DNA of 36,343 bases from Reclinomonas americana ATCC 50394 (Eukaryota): contig PS015521.1 in NCBI GenBank assembly GCA_048213135.1, positions 1-36,343 on the forward strand, in the 5' to 3' direction. This document shows positions 24,451 to 35,617 of this stretch, piece after piece. Both the position numbers and the translations under genes were made by a program. How positions within the stretch are numbered: position 1 is the first letter of the stretch; each line of letters opens with the position of its first letter. The notes beneath the pieces are model-generated. The model ran no database searches. It was not told the DNA's origin and saw only the letters and a program-made list of their open reading frames with translations.

Positions 24451-24842
24451 AGAGGGAGAGGAAGACAGAGAAAGAAGAATAAGATGCAACACACATATGC
24501 ATGCATTCTCAAACGCAACGTATACCCACAGTGGCGTTTGAATCTGTCGAGCAACACTGCACACATACACACAGGGAGAGAGAGAGTGTGTGTGACAAGA
24601 GTGTGACAACAACGAGTTAGCAAAAAGTTTCAGACTCTCTCTCTCTCTCATGCTCGCATCACTCACGACTCCCAATAGGCATAGTCGACGTCTTCGCCAC
24701 CGGGTCGCACGTGATAGAGAGGCCAGCGCGGGGAGCGAGTCACGTCGTCGTCGTGTTCGGGTTCGGGAACTTCTTCAGCGGAGTCGACCTCGCCCCACCC
24801 ATGTGGCGGCGTCGGTGGCCGCATGCGCTCAGTGAAGGACAT
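18119..24842 (-). CDS. Hybrid histidine kinase 2, tandem paralog of kinase 1 with the same architecture
   Basis: [14 protein letters not shown] start; [48 protein letters not shown]...RRFGGTGLG; receiver VEDNRLNQ...VLMDL|NMAEMDG...FLVKP. Intron positions are mostly shared with kinase 1. Confidence 0.93.
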
Positions 24843-26202
24843 GGTGCGAGAGAGCGCGCGTGCGTGTGTGTTTGCGTGCCTGCCACTGACGCAATGTTCG
24901 CTGTGGCAACGGCGAGTGAGTGGCTTTTCGCGCGCGCACACGAGTCGGACATGCTGACGTCGATTTACTTCCACCGCTCCGGCCGGGGGCATGCCAGCGG
25001 TTAATCTCTTGTGTAAGTCTGTGGCGCATTGATATCCACATGTATGGCATAAGAGGAAGAGGAAAAGTAACCGCGAGTTGGCCGAAAACGGAGACCGATA
25101 TTGAGGCGTCGATTGAGTTCGCAGCGCTCTGGCGACTCAAACAGCAGCGCTGGACGAGTACAGCCATCTAGCGAGTGTGGGAGTCAAGTGCTTGTGGTCC
25201 GGGTTGCGGAACAACGTCTCGCAAGTGCCGAGGTATTCGAATTCGCCGAGAAACTTGGTGCGAACGTTGATGACTTGCCCGAGTCCCGTTTGCGAGAAGA
25301 CTGAACATCCAGTCGCATGAAACCCTGCTGCTTCTGCCATCAGGACTGGCGATTGTGCTGGCTCTTGGAACACGGTTGGACTTTGAGAAACAAGGCAGCT
25401 TCACAGAAGTTGCCGCGGCCTGTTCGAACTCGTCGGACCATGAATTCGTGCTGATCGCAAGTCTTTTCGCTTTCATTTCCCAGTGGGTGTTTATTGTGAT
25501 CGGGGAGTAGCACTGGCGCGACTAAGCGCCAACGCATCTCAACCCGACCACAGTCGCTCTGGTCGCCTTTCGGCGAAAAATTCTTCCGACTTTTGCTAGT
25601 GCTAAGTTCGCATGGTTGTGTGAGTTGATCCTGATGAATACGACAGCATGTTATGTCGGTGCCCGTGCAGGGGACGGTTGTGGGATGCGGCAGCGCGGTG
25701 TCGACCCGTCAACAAGCCAACAAATCGCGAGTTCGACAGGTCGTGTTCGAATTCGAAGTCGCCAAATCGGGCATGCTGCAGCGAGTGGCCATAGTCGACC
25801 ACGGCAGCTGAACGGGTCTAGTCAGCACCAGCTGCACCTTGCAGAACCTGTTGTCACCGACGACCGTGCTCACAAGACTTCCATCATGTCTTCGACGTCG
25901 ACGTCGACATCCAAGCCAACGCCGCCATTCGCAACCACTCTGCAAATGCATGCACCACAAGCCCTCCATGCACCTCCACATTAGATTCACGTCACAGAGA
26001 AAAAATCTCCAACCGCAGTTGCCAACGAACGTCGCCAGTGTGTCCTCGGACTCTCCCACACATTACACTCACCTCCTGGCAGCACTCCAGGTGCCGCCCG
26101 AAAAAAACCCTGCGCCGGGTTTGCCTCTCCGTCTGAACCGACAACGCGGCAACCCGACGATACGTCGTCGCAATCTGACAAGTACAGACTGCTGTGTGAG
26201 AG

Positions 26203-27684
26203 ATGACTGGGGGAGGAGACACCGTGTCTTCCACGACGCCGGCAGAAGGGCGCGGGAATCCGCCACACCTGCGCCGCCTGGCCAACTTTGGCCTGCCTTT
26301 CCTGGCGGTGACAGGCGGCCTCTTTTACTCGATTGGCGCCTTTGCCGCCGATCTGAAGACGGCCGGCGAGTTCACACAGAAGCTGACCAACGTGCTCTGC
26401 TCCATTGGCTACCTCGCCGGCTGTGCCTCGCAGTTGTTTCTGTGGCCGCTGGGCTCGCGATTCCCTCGCGCCACCGTGCTCATCGCCAAGGTGGCCGTGT
26501 TAGTCGGCTGGTTCACGGGCGCACTGGGCATGTGGCTGGCGCCGACTGCTGCTGCGCCGCTTGGCATCGCCATTGCGCTGATGGGCATTGGCGAGGTCTC
26601 GCTGTGTGGGCCAGCGATGAACGTGGCCAGCAGGGACAGTGACGTGCCGGCGCAGCGGCGCATGGTGCAGCATGCATATCTGAGTTCGTATGCGCTCACC
26701 GGCGCCGTGGCCGCCGTGATGTACACGTTTCTCGACACGGAGGCGCACGTGCGCACCAAGTTGGCGGTGACATTTGTCATCTTTGGTACGCTGCAGTTGG
26801 TGTGCGTGGCCACCACCTCGTGGTGGTTCGCGGTCTCGTACAAGCACGAGACCGGCGGCACGACGGAGCGCCGCAAGTTGCTGCCGACAGCCGCGGGGTC
26901 GACAAACGCGGCCGACGTTGAGCAGAGCGCGGCAGAGGGCGCTGCTGCCTCCACCGGCCAGCCCGCGGGGAGCGACGACACGAACCTGCTGAAGGAGGCG
27001 TTGCGCGAGTACCGCGTGATGTTCACGCAGCCGATGGTGTACGTGGTGCTGCTGGTGCTGAATGTGGTGTTCGCCGTCGGCATCAACTTCACCAACAACA
27101 TGGGCGCCATGGTGCTGTCGATGGGCGGCAATCGGCACGACGTCACCTACATGTTTCTCGTGTTTTGTGCCGGCCAGCTTGCCGGCCGCACCCTGGGCTC
27201 GCTGTGGATGCACGAGCACGCGCCTGCGTGGCACGGCCACGTGGCGCTTATCACCATCTGCTTCTTGCACTTGACAGTGTCGGTGGTGGCGTGGCTCGCC
27301 AACGGCGTGACCGTGATGTACGTGCTGACGAGCATGAATGCCTTTGCGTATGGCGCCAGCTGGACGCTGGTGGTCGACTTTGCCTTCCCCGGCCGCGCGG
27401 TGCCTCGCGATGTGATGGAACAAGACCGCCTCTCCTTCATCGCCCTGCTCTCCATCTTCACCGCTCCCGTGGCCGTCGGCCCCGTCGTCTTTGACGCCGT
27501 CTCGGGCGCGCTGTACGACCGCGAGGCCGATCCCGTCACGCTGCTCTGCTACGGCCGCCACTGCTACGCCACGTACTTTCAGATTGCGGCCGGCACGCTG
27601 GCACTGTCGCTGGCACTCAGTGTGCTGCTGCTGGTGGTCGCCGCCAAGCGGTGGCCGCATCGTGGGTATGCCAAGATTTTCTAA
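26203..27684 (+). CDS. Nodulin-like (NFD4/Mch1-type) major facilitator superfamily transporter, 493 aa, intronless
   Basis: About 12 hydrophobic helices in a 6+6 layout with a central hydrophilic loop, NNMGAMVLSMG, GQLAGR, and the C-terminal GALYDREA...CYGRHCY..YF motif typical of nodulin-like MFS proteins. Confidence 0.85.
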   Translation: MTGGGDTVSSTTPAEGRGNPPHLRRLANFGLPFLAVTGGLFYSIGAFAADLKTAGEFTQKLTNVLCSIGYLAGCASQLFLWPLGSRFPRATVLIAKVAVLVGWFTGALGMWLAPTAAAPLGIAIALMGIGEVSLCGPAMNVASRDSDVPAQRRMVQHAYLSSYALTGAVAAVMYTFLDTEAHVRTKLAVTFVIFGTLQLVCVATTSWWFAVSYKHETGGTTERRKLLPTAAGSTNAADVEQSAAEGAAASTGQPAGSDDTNLLKEALREYRVMFTQPMVYVVLLVLNVVFAVGINFTNNMGAMVLSMGGNRHDVTYMFLVFCAGQLAGRTLGSLWMHEHAPAWHGHVALITICFLHLTVSVVAWLANGVTVMYVLTSMNAFAYGASWTLVVDFAFPGRAVPRDVMEQDRLSFIALLSIFTAPVAVGPVVFDAVSGALYDREADPVTLLCYGRHCYATYFQIAAGTLALSLALSVLLLVVAAKRWPHRGYAKIF

Positions 27685-28093
27685 ATGAACGTATTCTCGT
27701 CGTCGAAGCTTCATTCATACTGTGAGACTTGTTGGCGATCACTGAGGTTCTGGCTGTCTATTAGTTGGACAAATTGGTTTTGAGACAATTGCCGGCACGC
27801 TCACACACTCTCTCTCTCACACACGCCGCCGTGCGCGCCACTCTCCTCCCTCACTCTCACTCACGCACACACACTCTTTAACACCCTCACATCTCACACA
27901 CAGCTGCGGCCCTATTTCTGGGTGGTTTGACGGTTAATTTTTTCGTTGGCCCTTGGATGCTGGGGGAATGTCAGTGTGGTGGTTTACCGCCACAGCCTTA
28001 CTGTTTTTTTACTCCGTGGGACGCGAGCACTGACCAAGCACACCCCACACACCCCCTAAACACATCGCCCCTACCACATTCCTCAACAATCAC

Positions 28094-28182
28094 ATGGGTT
28101 GCAAGCACAGCGTCGGCACCCGGACAGTGGCCTTTACCCCTGCGCACATGCAACAACGACAGCCGCACCAGCAGCTGCAAGC

Positions 28183-28215
<33 letters not shown>

Positions 28216-29599
28216 CCATCAGCAACAGTATGGCACTCGTGGTGGTGAGGAGACCATCTCGGGCGCGGTCACTGAGGTGGCCTCGCAAAGATCGATTGTC
28301 GTTCCGCCAGCACAACAGCAGCAGCAGCAACAGCAGCGACAGCGTGCCTCGCGTGACAGTGTGCCGGACAGCGGCCACCGTCGATCATCGCGCAGCTCGC
28401 CACGTGACACTCAACAGCAATCGGTGTCCCCTCAAGCACCGGCGCCGGTAGTCCGCGCCACGACGCACTCGGGCCTCCCGCACCGCCAGCAAGTACGACC
28501 GCAGCATCCGCATGCGGCCGCCATGTCGAAGCAGCAGACGACGCCCCAGTTCTTGGCGACGCAAGGCGGCGCTCGTGTGCCTGGCTATCACGCGCATGGC
28601 ACGTCGATGCGATCGGTGCACTCGCAGGCGTCGTCGACGTGGCAGGCCGAGGTGGAGACGGCGGCGTCGCAGCCGTGGAAGCAGGCGAGCAAGCTGGAGC
28701 GGGAGACGACGGAGCGTATCTTGCATCGGCTCAGCGATCAGCGACGCATGCAGCTACTGGCCAAGCAGCAGAGCGATTTCGGGGCGCGCACCAATGGCAT
28801 CACGGTGGCGGCGGCACGCGATGCTGCGCCCAATGCGGCCGTCGATCACGAGCCGGTGCCGTCGATCGAGGAGCTGAAGCGCAGCATGGACGTGTTGCGG
28901 CCAAAGTTGCTGCTCCTCACCCGCGGTCACGAGGTCATTGATCCCGAGGTTGGTGCTGCCCCATCTCTCGCGTCTTTGTTGTCGGTCTTCCACCACCGTC
29001 GCCATTTCATCTCACCCCTTTCCCCCTCACAGACGGGCATTCGCCGCCACGACTCATACCTGGACGTGCTCAGCACGGAACCGCGCTGGGTGCGACACGA
29101 GCTGGAGCGCGTGGAGACGCTGTTTGAGCGCATTGACGAGTGGGTGACGGACGTGGTGCAGCAGAGCGCACCGCTCATGGCCGTCGCCACACAAGCCGGG
29201 CAGCAGGCGGCGGCGTCCACCAACAACGGCGGCGCCTTCACCGCCACGTCGACCACATGCAGCGATGCCGACGACGCCAGCGCCACAGCACCCGATTCGG
29301 TGTTTTCCACGCCGCGCACCTCGGTCGTCGCCCACCACCACTCGTGCAAGACCGTGTCGTCGTCGCGCCCGACCTCGGCCAACAGCCGTCGCCAGCCACT
29401 GGTGCCGGTGGTCGTGCAGCCGCAGCAGGCGAAGCACCAGGAGTACGCGGCACACCCGTCGGCCGTCATTCACGCCGGCAAGGGCCACCACCACCAGCAC
29501 GCGGGTGACAGTGACATTGAGACGGGGTCGAGCGACACGGAGAGCGACCTCATTCCCGGCAGTGTTCCCGACGACCACCAGGCGGTGGACATGTGCTGA
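28094..29599 (+). CDS. Hypothetical polyQ / low-complexity protein with a central helical region; probable in-frame 84-nt intron at 28949-29032
   Basis: 501-codon ORF with (CAG)n tracts. GTTGGT...pyrimidine tract...CTCACAG lies inside the ORF. The start may be 28094 or 28148. Confidence 0.7.
28184..28335 (+). repeat. (CAG)n coding microsatellites (polyQ)
   Basis: About 10 CAG codons at 28184-28213 and a second CAG/CAA run at ~28313-28336. Confidence 0.9.
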
Positions 29600-29990
29600 A
29601 AAGGAGAGAGAGAATAGTTGTACAAGTAGCAAGGATTCCATGAAACAATGTGAACGCCATAATGATAATAATAATACGAGTGATGGAGAGGGAAGCGGGA
29701 AGTGGGGAGCAACGCGAGCTGCATTTCACAGAGACAACCATCGAATTCACAAATGCAATCCTGATGGCAAAGCAACAGTTACTTGAATCGTGGTAGGAGA
29801 CTGTCGCTCGTACCAGCACAAGCTGCAGCTTCTCGAATTACGGCGACTTCGACGTCGAACTTCTTTTGTGTCTTCAATTCTCATCTCTCCTTCTCTTCGC
29901 CCATTCCTTCGTCGGCCACGCGACTGCCACACACACGCATATACGCACAAAGATCGCACTTCTTCACGCTGCCATGTCCCGCACCTCATC

Positions 29991-32979
29991 ATGTCCGAAG
30001 TTGGCAAAAACCACACGAAAGAGAGTTTCCGAGCGATGGGCACCAGCACCTCTCGCCCACTCGACAATGTCGTGCTCTCCACACGCTCAGACGAGGTCCA
30101 GTGCCAGTGCGCAATCATTGAAGACTTGCGCCAGCTGCAGGTAAGCACACACACAGAGAGAGAAGAGAAAACACGCGCATTTCGTCAGGACTCCGAGAGC
30201 GGTTACTCTTCTCAATGACATGATTCTCACTCTTTTGTGTGTGTGTTTGTGTGTGTCTCTTTGTGTTTGTGTTGTGTGGCAGGTGCTTCTTGGTCGACAG
30301 CGCAAGGAGCTGACTCCGCATCAAATGGGCGAGTTGTTGTATGATCTCAAGCGACAGCGACATGAGTTTGAGGTCGCCTACAATCAGCGTGATGCGCCTA
30401 AGGTGTGTGTGTGAGAGAGAGTGAGTAAGAGAGTGAGAGAGTGAGTGAGAGTGTGTGTCGCATGTCGCTGCTCTGTTTCCCTGTGAGGTGCATTTTTCCG
30501 GTCGTCATCACGGCTCATTGATTCCGTGCCATTCCACTCGTGTTTATCATGCCTTTTGCTCCCTTCCAGTCGCTGCGCTACTCAGCGTCTCACTTGCGAT
30601 GCTTTCTCGTCACTCAGCGCATCGAATCTGTGTTGTTTCCACTCACGATGATCTTCTACGTCTTCAGTCTTTGTCTCACTCACGATGATCTCTGCCTCCT
30701 GTCACTCTGTCTTTACCATCACTGTCTCATCACTCTTCCCCACAGACAACGGTCAGTGAGGCTCACGAGGACACGCTGCCTGATGTCTTCCACAACACGA
30801 GCGTGTACCCGGTGTTGAGCGACATTATTATCAAGTCGCGGCATCCGCACCCGTGGACGATGGCCATGATGCTCGTCGAGGAGTCGCTGCAGATTCGCCC
30901 GTACAGTTGCGATCGCGCGCCCAGAGTGTGTCGTTTGTGAGTGTGGCTGGCTCACGGGTGTGTGCGCGTGCGTGCAGTGCTGAATGCGCAGACGGCGCTT
31001 GGCAGGGCCGGTCTGGTCGAGAACCTGGTGCGCGTGCTCGCCGGCAAGGGCTACATGGATGGGCCGGAGATCAAGCGTTTGTCGGCTGCCGTGCTCTACT
31101 TGCTGATGAAGGGTGCGTGTTTGAAAGACTGCGTCTGCTGCACGAAAAATGCTCATCATAATGCCCCCCACACACAGACCAACACCAGGACAACCAGACG
31201 CGATTCCGCACTGGCGAGGGTCTCCGGTGGTGCATCACCCAGTTGTACCTGTCGGAGCCGGTGCAGCATGAGTTGCGTCCTCGCCGCACGCCCTCATCTT
31301 TCTTCACATCGGCAGGCCCTCACCCTTGCGCACGTTACAGAATGCACAACATTCCCCCGCGTGTCGGCGAGCGCAACCAGACGGAGCAGGATCAGTATCG
31401 CGTGCAGTTGGCCATGAGTGCCACGGCGCATTTTAGCCACGACAAGGAGCTGTCGGAGCACCTTGGTCATCGGCCGCACCGTTTCAGCCGCCGTCGCCAG
31501 GGCGATCCACGTCGCTTCGACACGCGCCATGTGATTCACCCCACGGCCACCGAGACACAAGGATCCATTCGCCCGCCACTGCGCAAGGATCTGAGGTCGG
31601 TGTTGTGTGTGGTACATTTTCTTGCCCCTTGTCGATTATTAACTCCCCTCCTCTTGCAGCATGGCTGTCATGACGCAAGATGAGTTCGATTCAGTGCACG
31701 CCACCATGCTTCTGCGTGAGCGCAAGTCGCGCAAGCAGTCCACCAGCAAAGCTGTGGTCGGCAGGTGAGCGGACGATGCGTTTGTGTGTTTGCTTGTCGA
31801 ATGCAACAACTTACACCCCGTTCTCCGTATAGCATGCTGCTGAACCGCTCACCGCAAGCCGAATGGGAAACGGCCGTCGCCACTGAGCTGATTTTCGTGG
31901 CGTGTGAGGGTGCGTAGTTCATCATGGCCCCCCACTCGCTGTCTCCATCCCTCACTCTCTCGTCACAGGCAACGAACCAAATGCCAAGTACGTCTTCAAG
32001 GACGGCGGCATTCCAGCGCTGTCGTTCCTGGCGGCGGCCGGTGATCGCACGCACGCGCAGCACAGCGACGAGATGTACGACGTGGCTCGCGATGACGCGT
32101 ATGTGTCGCTCAAGGCCGTTCAGTGCCTCGGTCATCTGGGCCAGGTCGATCCGCTGTCGGCAGAGGTCTGTTATTTATCCGTCTCTCGTCTTTGTCGATG
32201 AACAAGCGTGCTGACTGTTCGTGACGACACGATGCAGGCTGTGCAGCAGTACGACTTGGTGGCCAGCATGCTCATGCGCTGGAAGACGACTGCGCGGTGT
32301 GTATTCCGCCTTGTCAACTCGTCCGTTCTCATGTTGATGAGCTCAACTCTTTTGCATGCACAGTGGCGAGCCGAGTGAACAAAATGTGCCGGAGCGTTTC
32401 GACACGGAAATCGCACACATTGCGAATTGCCTCACGGCCCTCGTTCGTTGCGTGCCTTGGCCTTGTTTGCGCACCCAGTAGTGTTCTTGTGCTCACCAAC
32501 CATTGGATTCAGGCGATTCTGGCGCACGAGGAACGGCGACAGCTGCCCGCAAGCATGCGCGCAATTCGTTTGCCGAAAACCACGGCTTCCGTCTGGTGGG
32601 CGAGTACATGCACGACGTGCGTAACTATTTGTACGTCCGCTCCCAGTCCGAGCTCGGCATGCAGTCGCTGGCGGAGTGCGTGCGCCTGCTGGATGCTTTC
32701 CATTCGTCACACGGTGAGTCGCACGCGTGACACATCTGCCAGTCGATGCACCACGTCTCGCTGTCTCACACGTGCATTCGATAGACATGATCGACTACGA
32801 GGCGGCCATTGCCGATGCGGATCTGGGCGGCTTGTTGGCTGCCATCACTGACCGACTTGACGACGGCAACTGCCCCGATTTCACGCAGGGCTGCCAGATG
32901 CTGCTGCAAAAGTATTTCCCGCACGGTCGCACTGCCAACAGGGATCGCGCGAACCATCAGTGGCGCACCCGCCGTGACC
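29991..32979 (+). CDS. Multi-exon protein with armadillo/HEAT-like helical repeats; 3' end runs into a gap
   Basis: About 12 exons join in frame. ARM-like segments: NAQTALGRAGLVENLVRVL...KRLSAAVLYLL, NEPNAKYVFKDGGIPALSFL, KAVQCLGHL, IANCLTALV. The frame is still open at 32979. Confidence 0.7.
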
Positions 32980-33231
32980 NNNNNNNNNNNNNNNNNNNNN
33001 NNNNNNNNNNNNNNNNNNNNNNNNNNNNNNNNNNNNNNNNNNNNNNNNNNNNNNNNNNNNNNNNNNNNNNNNNNNNNNNNNNNNNNNNNNNNNNNNNNNN
33101 NNNNNNNNNNNNNNNNNNNNNNNNNNNNNNNNNNNNNNNNNNNNNNNNNNNNNNNNNNNNNNNNNNNNNNNNNNNNNNNNNNNNNNNNNNNNNNNNNNNN
33201 NNNNNNNNNNNNNNNNNNNNNNNNNNNNNNN

Positions 33232-35395
33232 CCTGACAGAGATCTCGGCCACACCGCCATCGGTACCGATGGCGTTCACACGGAGCGCTCACGCGCCCTC
33301 TGGCAGCGGCTTGACCGAGGAGACACGCGAGGCCGCCGTTGCGGCATCGGAAGCGGCTCGTGCTCGCACTGGCGCCGCTGGAACAGCAGCCAGTGCCGCT
33401 GCTGGTGACGTGTTGGACCGCGTTCCACGACGCGGCGACATGGCCGTCCCGGAGACTGTCGCTCGACTTAACGCGCGCGAGGACCTAATCCGCCTTTACG
33501 ACGACGCACCACGACGTGCCCGTACTGGCGCTGCGCCGGCCGAGCAACTCGGCTCTGATTTGTCATCCGGTGTCTCATCGGCCGTCGGCCGTGCCGCCGC
33601 TGTGCCAGGACAGTACGGCTCGGACCTGTCATCCGGCGTCTCATCGGCCGTCGGCCGTGCTGCAGCCGCGCCTGGGCAGTATGGCTCGGACTTGTCGTCT
33701 GGCGTCTCATCGGCCGTCGGCCGTGCTGCAGCCGCGCCTGGGCAGTATGGCTCGGACTTGTCATCCGGTGTCTCGTCGGCCGTCGGCCGGGTGGGAGCCG
33801 TGCCTGGACAGTATGGCTCGGACCTGTCGTCTGGCGTCTCATCGGCCGTCGGCCGGGTGGGAGCTGTGCCTGGACAGTACGGCTCGGACTTGTCATCCGG
33901 TGTCTCGTCGGCCGTCGGCCGGGTGGGAGCCGTGCCTGGACAGTACGGCTCTGATTTGTCATCCGGTGTCTCGTCGGCCGTCGGTCGTGCCGCCGCCGTG
34001 CCTGGACAGTATGGCTCGGACTTGTCGTCTGGCGTCTCATCGGCCGTCGGCCGCGCCGCCGCCGTGCCAGGACAGTATGGCTCGGACTTGTCATCCGGTG
34101 TCTCATCGGCCGTCGGTCGTGCCGCCGCCGTGCCTGGACAGTATGGCTCGGACTTGTCGTCTGGCGTCTCATCGGCCGTCGGCCGGGTGGGAGCTGTGCC
34201 AGGACAGTACGGCTCGGACCTGTCATCTGGCGTCTCATCGGCCGTCGGCCGTGCCGCCGCTGTGCCTGGACAGTACGGCTCTGACTTGTCGTCTGGCGTC
34301 TCATCGGCTGTCGGCCGTGCCGCCGCTGTGCCAGGACAGTACGGCTCGGACCTGTCATCCGGTGTCTCATCGGCCGTTGGCCGGGTGGGAGCAGTGCCTG
34401 GACAGTATGGTTCGGACCTGTCGTCTGGTGTCTCATCGGCTGTCGGTCGCGCCGCAGCCGTGCCTGGACAGTATGGCTCCGACCTGTCGTCGGGTGTCTC
34501 ATCGGCCGTCGGCCGTGCCGCAGCTGTGCCTGGACAGTATGGCTCTGACCTGTCGTCGGGTGTGTCGACGGCCGTCGGCCGGGCGGGAGCGGTGCCGGGA
34601 GACGCGCTGTCGTCGACGGAGGACCGCTTCCGACAACTGCGCGACCGTGTGGATTTGTCAAAGTCGCCGGAGCGCGCTACGGCTGCCGCTGCCGGGACCC
34701 TTGGCAGTGCATCGGCGGCTGCTGCCGGCAACGCCTCGCGTCTGACTGACTCTGTTGGCTCGAACGTGGGCTCAGCGGACGACAAGTTCCAGCAACTGCA
34801 ACAGCGTCTCATTGGCGACGCGCGTTCGCGAGTTGGCGATGTCGTTGCGTCTGCGTGTAGGTTTCTGTTCTCCCACTATTTGTCGTGAGAATCTTACTCT
34901 TTTCGATAATGGTGCAGGCCGCCCGTGGCGAGAGCGAAGTCGGCCAGGCGTCCAGTGCTGCGGCATCGGTTCCTGGTGCTGCTGCCGCTGCAGCGGAAGG
35001 CGGCTCCACGGCGCTGAGCGATCGCAAGCGCGAACTGCAGGAGCGCAAGCGCCAGTTGCAAGAGACCATTCAGCAGGCGAAGCTGGCCAGTGCTCGTTCG
35101 GGCGCACTGCCGAATGCCATCACGTCGGCCAACTTTGTTGCGTTTCGCATGTGTTACACTGCTCGTATTTTCGTCGTCGTGCTGACAGGTGGTCTGCCAG
35201 ACGGGAGCACGGCGGCCCGCTGCTGTCCCTGCCGGCGTCAATGACGACGACGACGATGACGACGATTACAATCTCGGTGCTGGACCTGCCGCCGCAGCGC
35301 CTCATCGCGCCCGGTACGACGACATGCGACGCGCCAATGACGGCTTCCGACGCGCCCTCGAGAACGCAGAGCGCCGACGAGACACCAATGTGTGA
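33232..35395 (+). CDS. Ala/Ser/Gly-rich protein with 16 x 22-aa tandem repeats and a C-terminal coiled coil; 5' end possibly in the gap
   Basis: The frame is open from the gap edge (first ATG 33269). Phase-0 introns 34844-34917 and 35137-35188 add the exons AARGESEV...RKRELQERKRQLQETIQQAKL...NF and VVCQ...DTNV*. Confidence 0.8.
33551..34600 (+). repeat. Coding minisatellite, 66-bp unit x16 (GSDLSSGVSSAVGR[AA/VG]A[V/A]PGQY)
   Basis: Units start at 33551, 33617, ... 34541. Differences between copies are mostly synonymous in the + frame. Confidence 0.97.
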
Positions 35396-35617
35396 GCAAT
35401 CACCAGTCTCGACTAGATCCCCTCAAGTTTTGTGTGAAGATGAAAGACAACGAAGAAGAAGAAGAAGACGACGAATGTGTAGGAATGTGCGTGATGCAAG
35501 TGATTTTCCCCCTTTCCCCTTGTGCCGAGTATACATCCCCCTTGGATTTCAACATTTGACTTGGGGGGAGTACACGCCTGCACGGCTCATAGTACACCAG
35601 CTCTTGATGCGCTGGTA

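Larger units (their letters stand above)
6473..33231. other. Assembly gaps at 6473-6660, 7070-7188, 8036-8992, 9666-10397 and 32980-33231
   Basis: Runs of N. Confidence 1.

Noticed and set aside
11212-24842. Kinases as pseudogenes, or use of an alternative genetic code, given the fragmented ORFs
   Set aside because: The stops and frame changes examined are explained by phase-compatible GT-AG introns. Catalytic motifs are intact, and genes end in TGA, TAG or TAA.
24900-26200. ORFs or a tRNA in the kinase 2-MFS intergenic region
   Set aside because: The ORFs are not protein-like and could not be spliced into a coherent gene. The GTTCGAA words lack a cloverleaf or A-box.
26409-27714. 245-aa and 404-aa antisense ORFs over the MFS gene
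   Set aside because: Expected shadow ORFs of a GC-rich coding sequence.
33551-34600. CRISPR-like array
   Set aside because: Contiguous repeats without unique spacers, coding, and in a eukaryotic context with no cas genes.
33468-34812. Long overlapping ORFs on both strands across the 66-bp repeat (e.g. PDDRSEPYCPGTAAARPTADET)
   Set aside because: These are shadows of a stop-free repeat. The antisense frame shares wobble positions, and the TTG/CTG variation is silent in the + frame but gives K/R in antisense. The flanking spliced exons continue the + frame.
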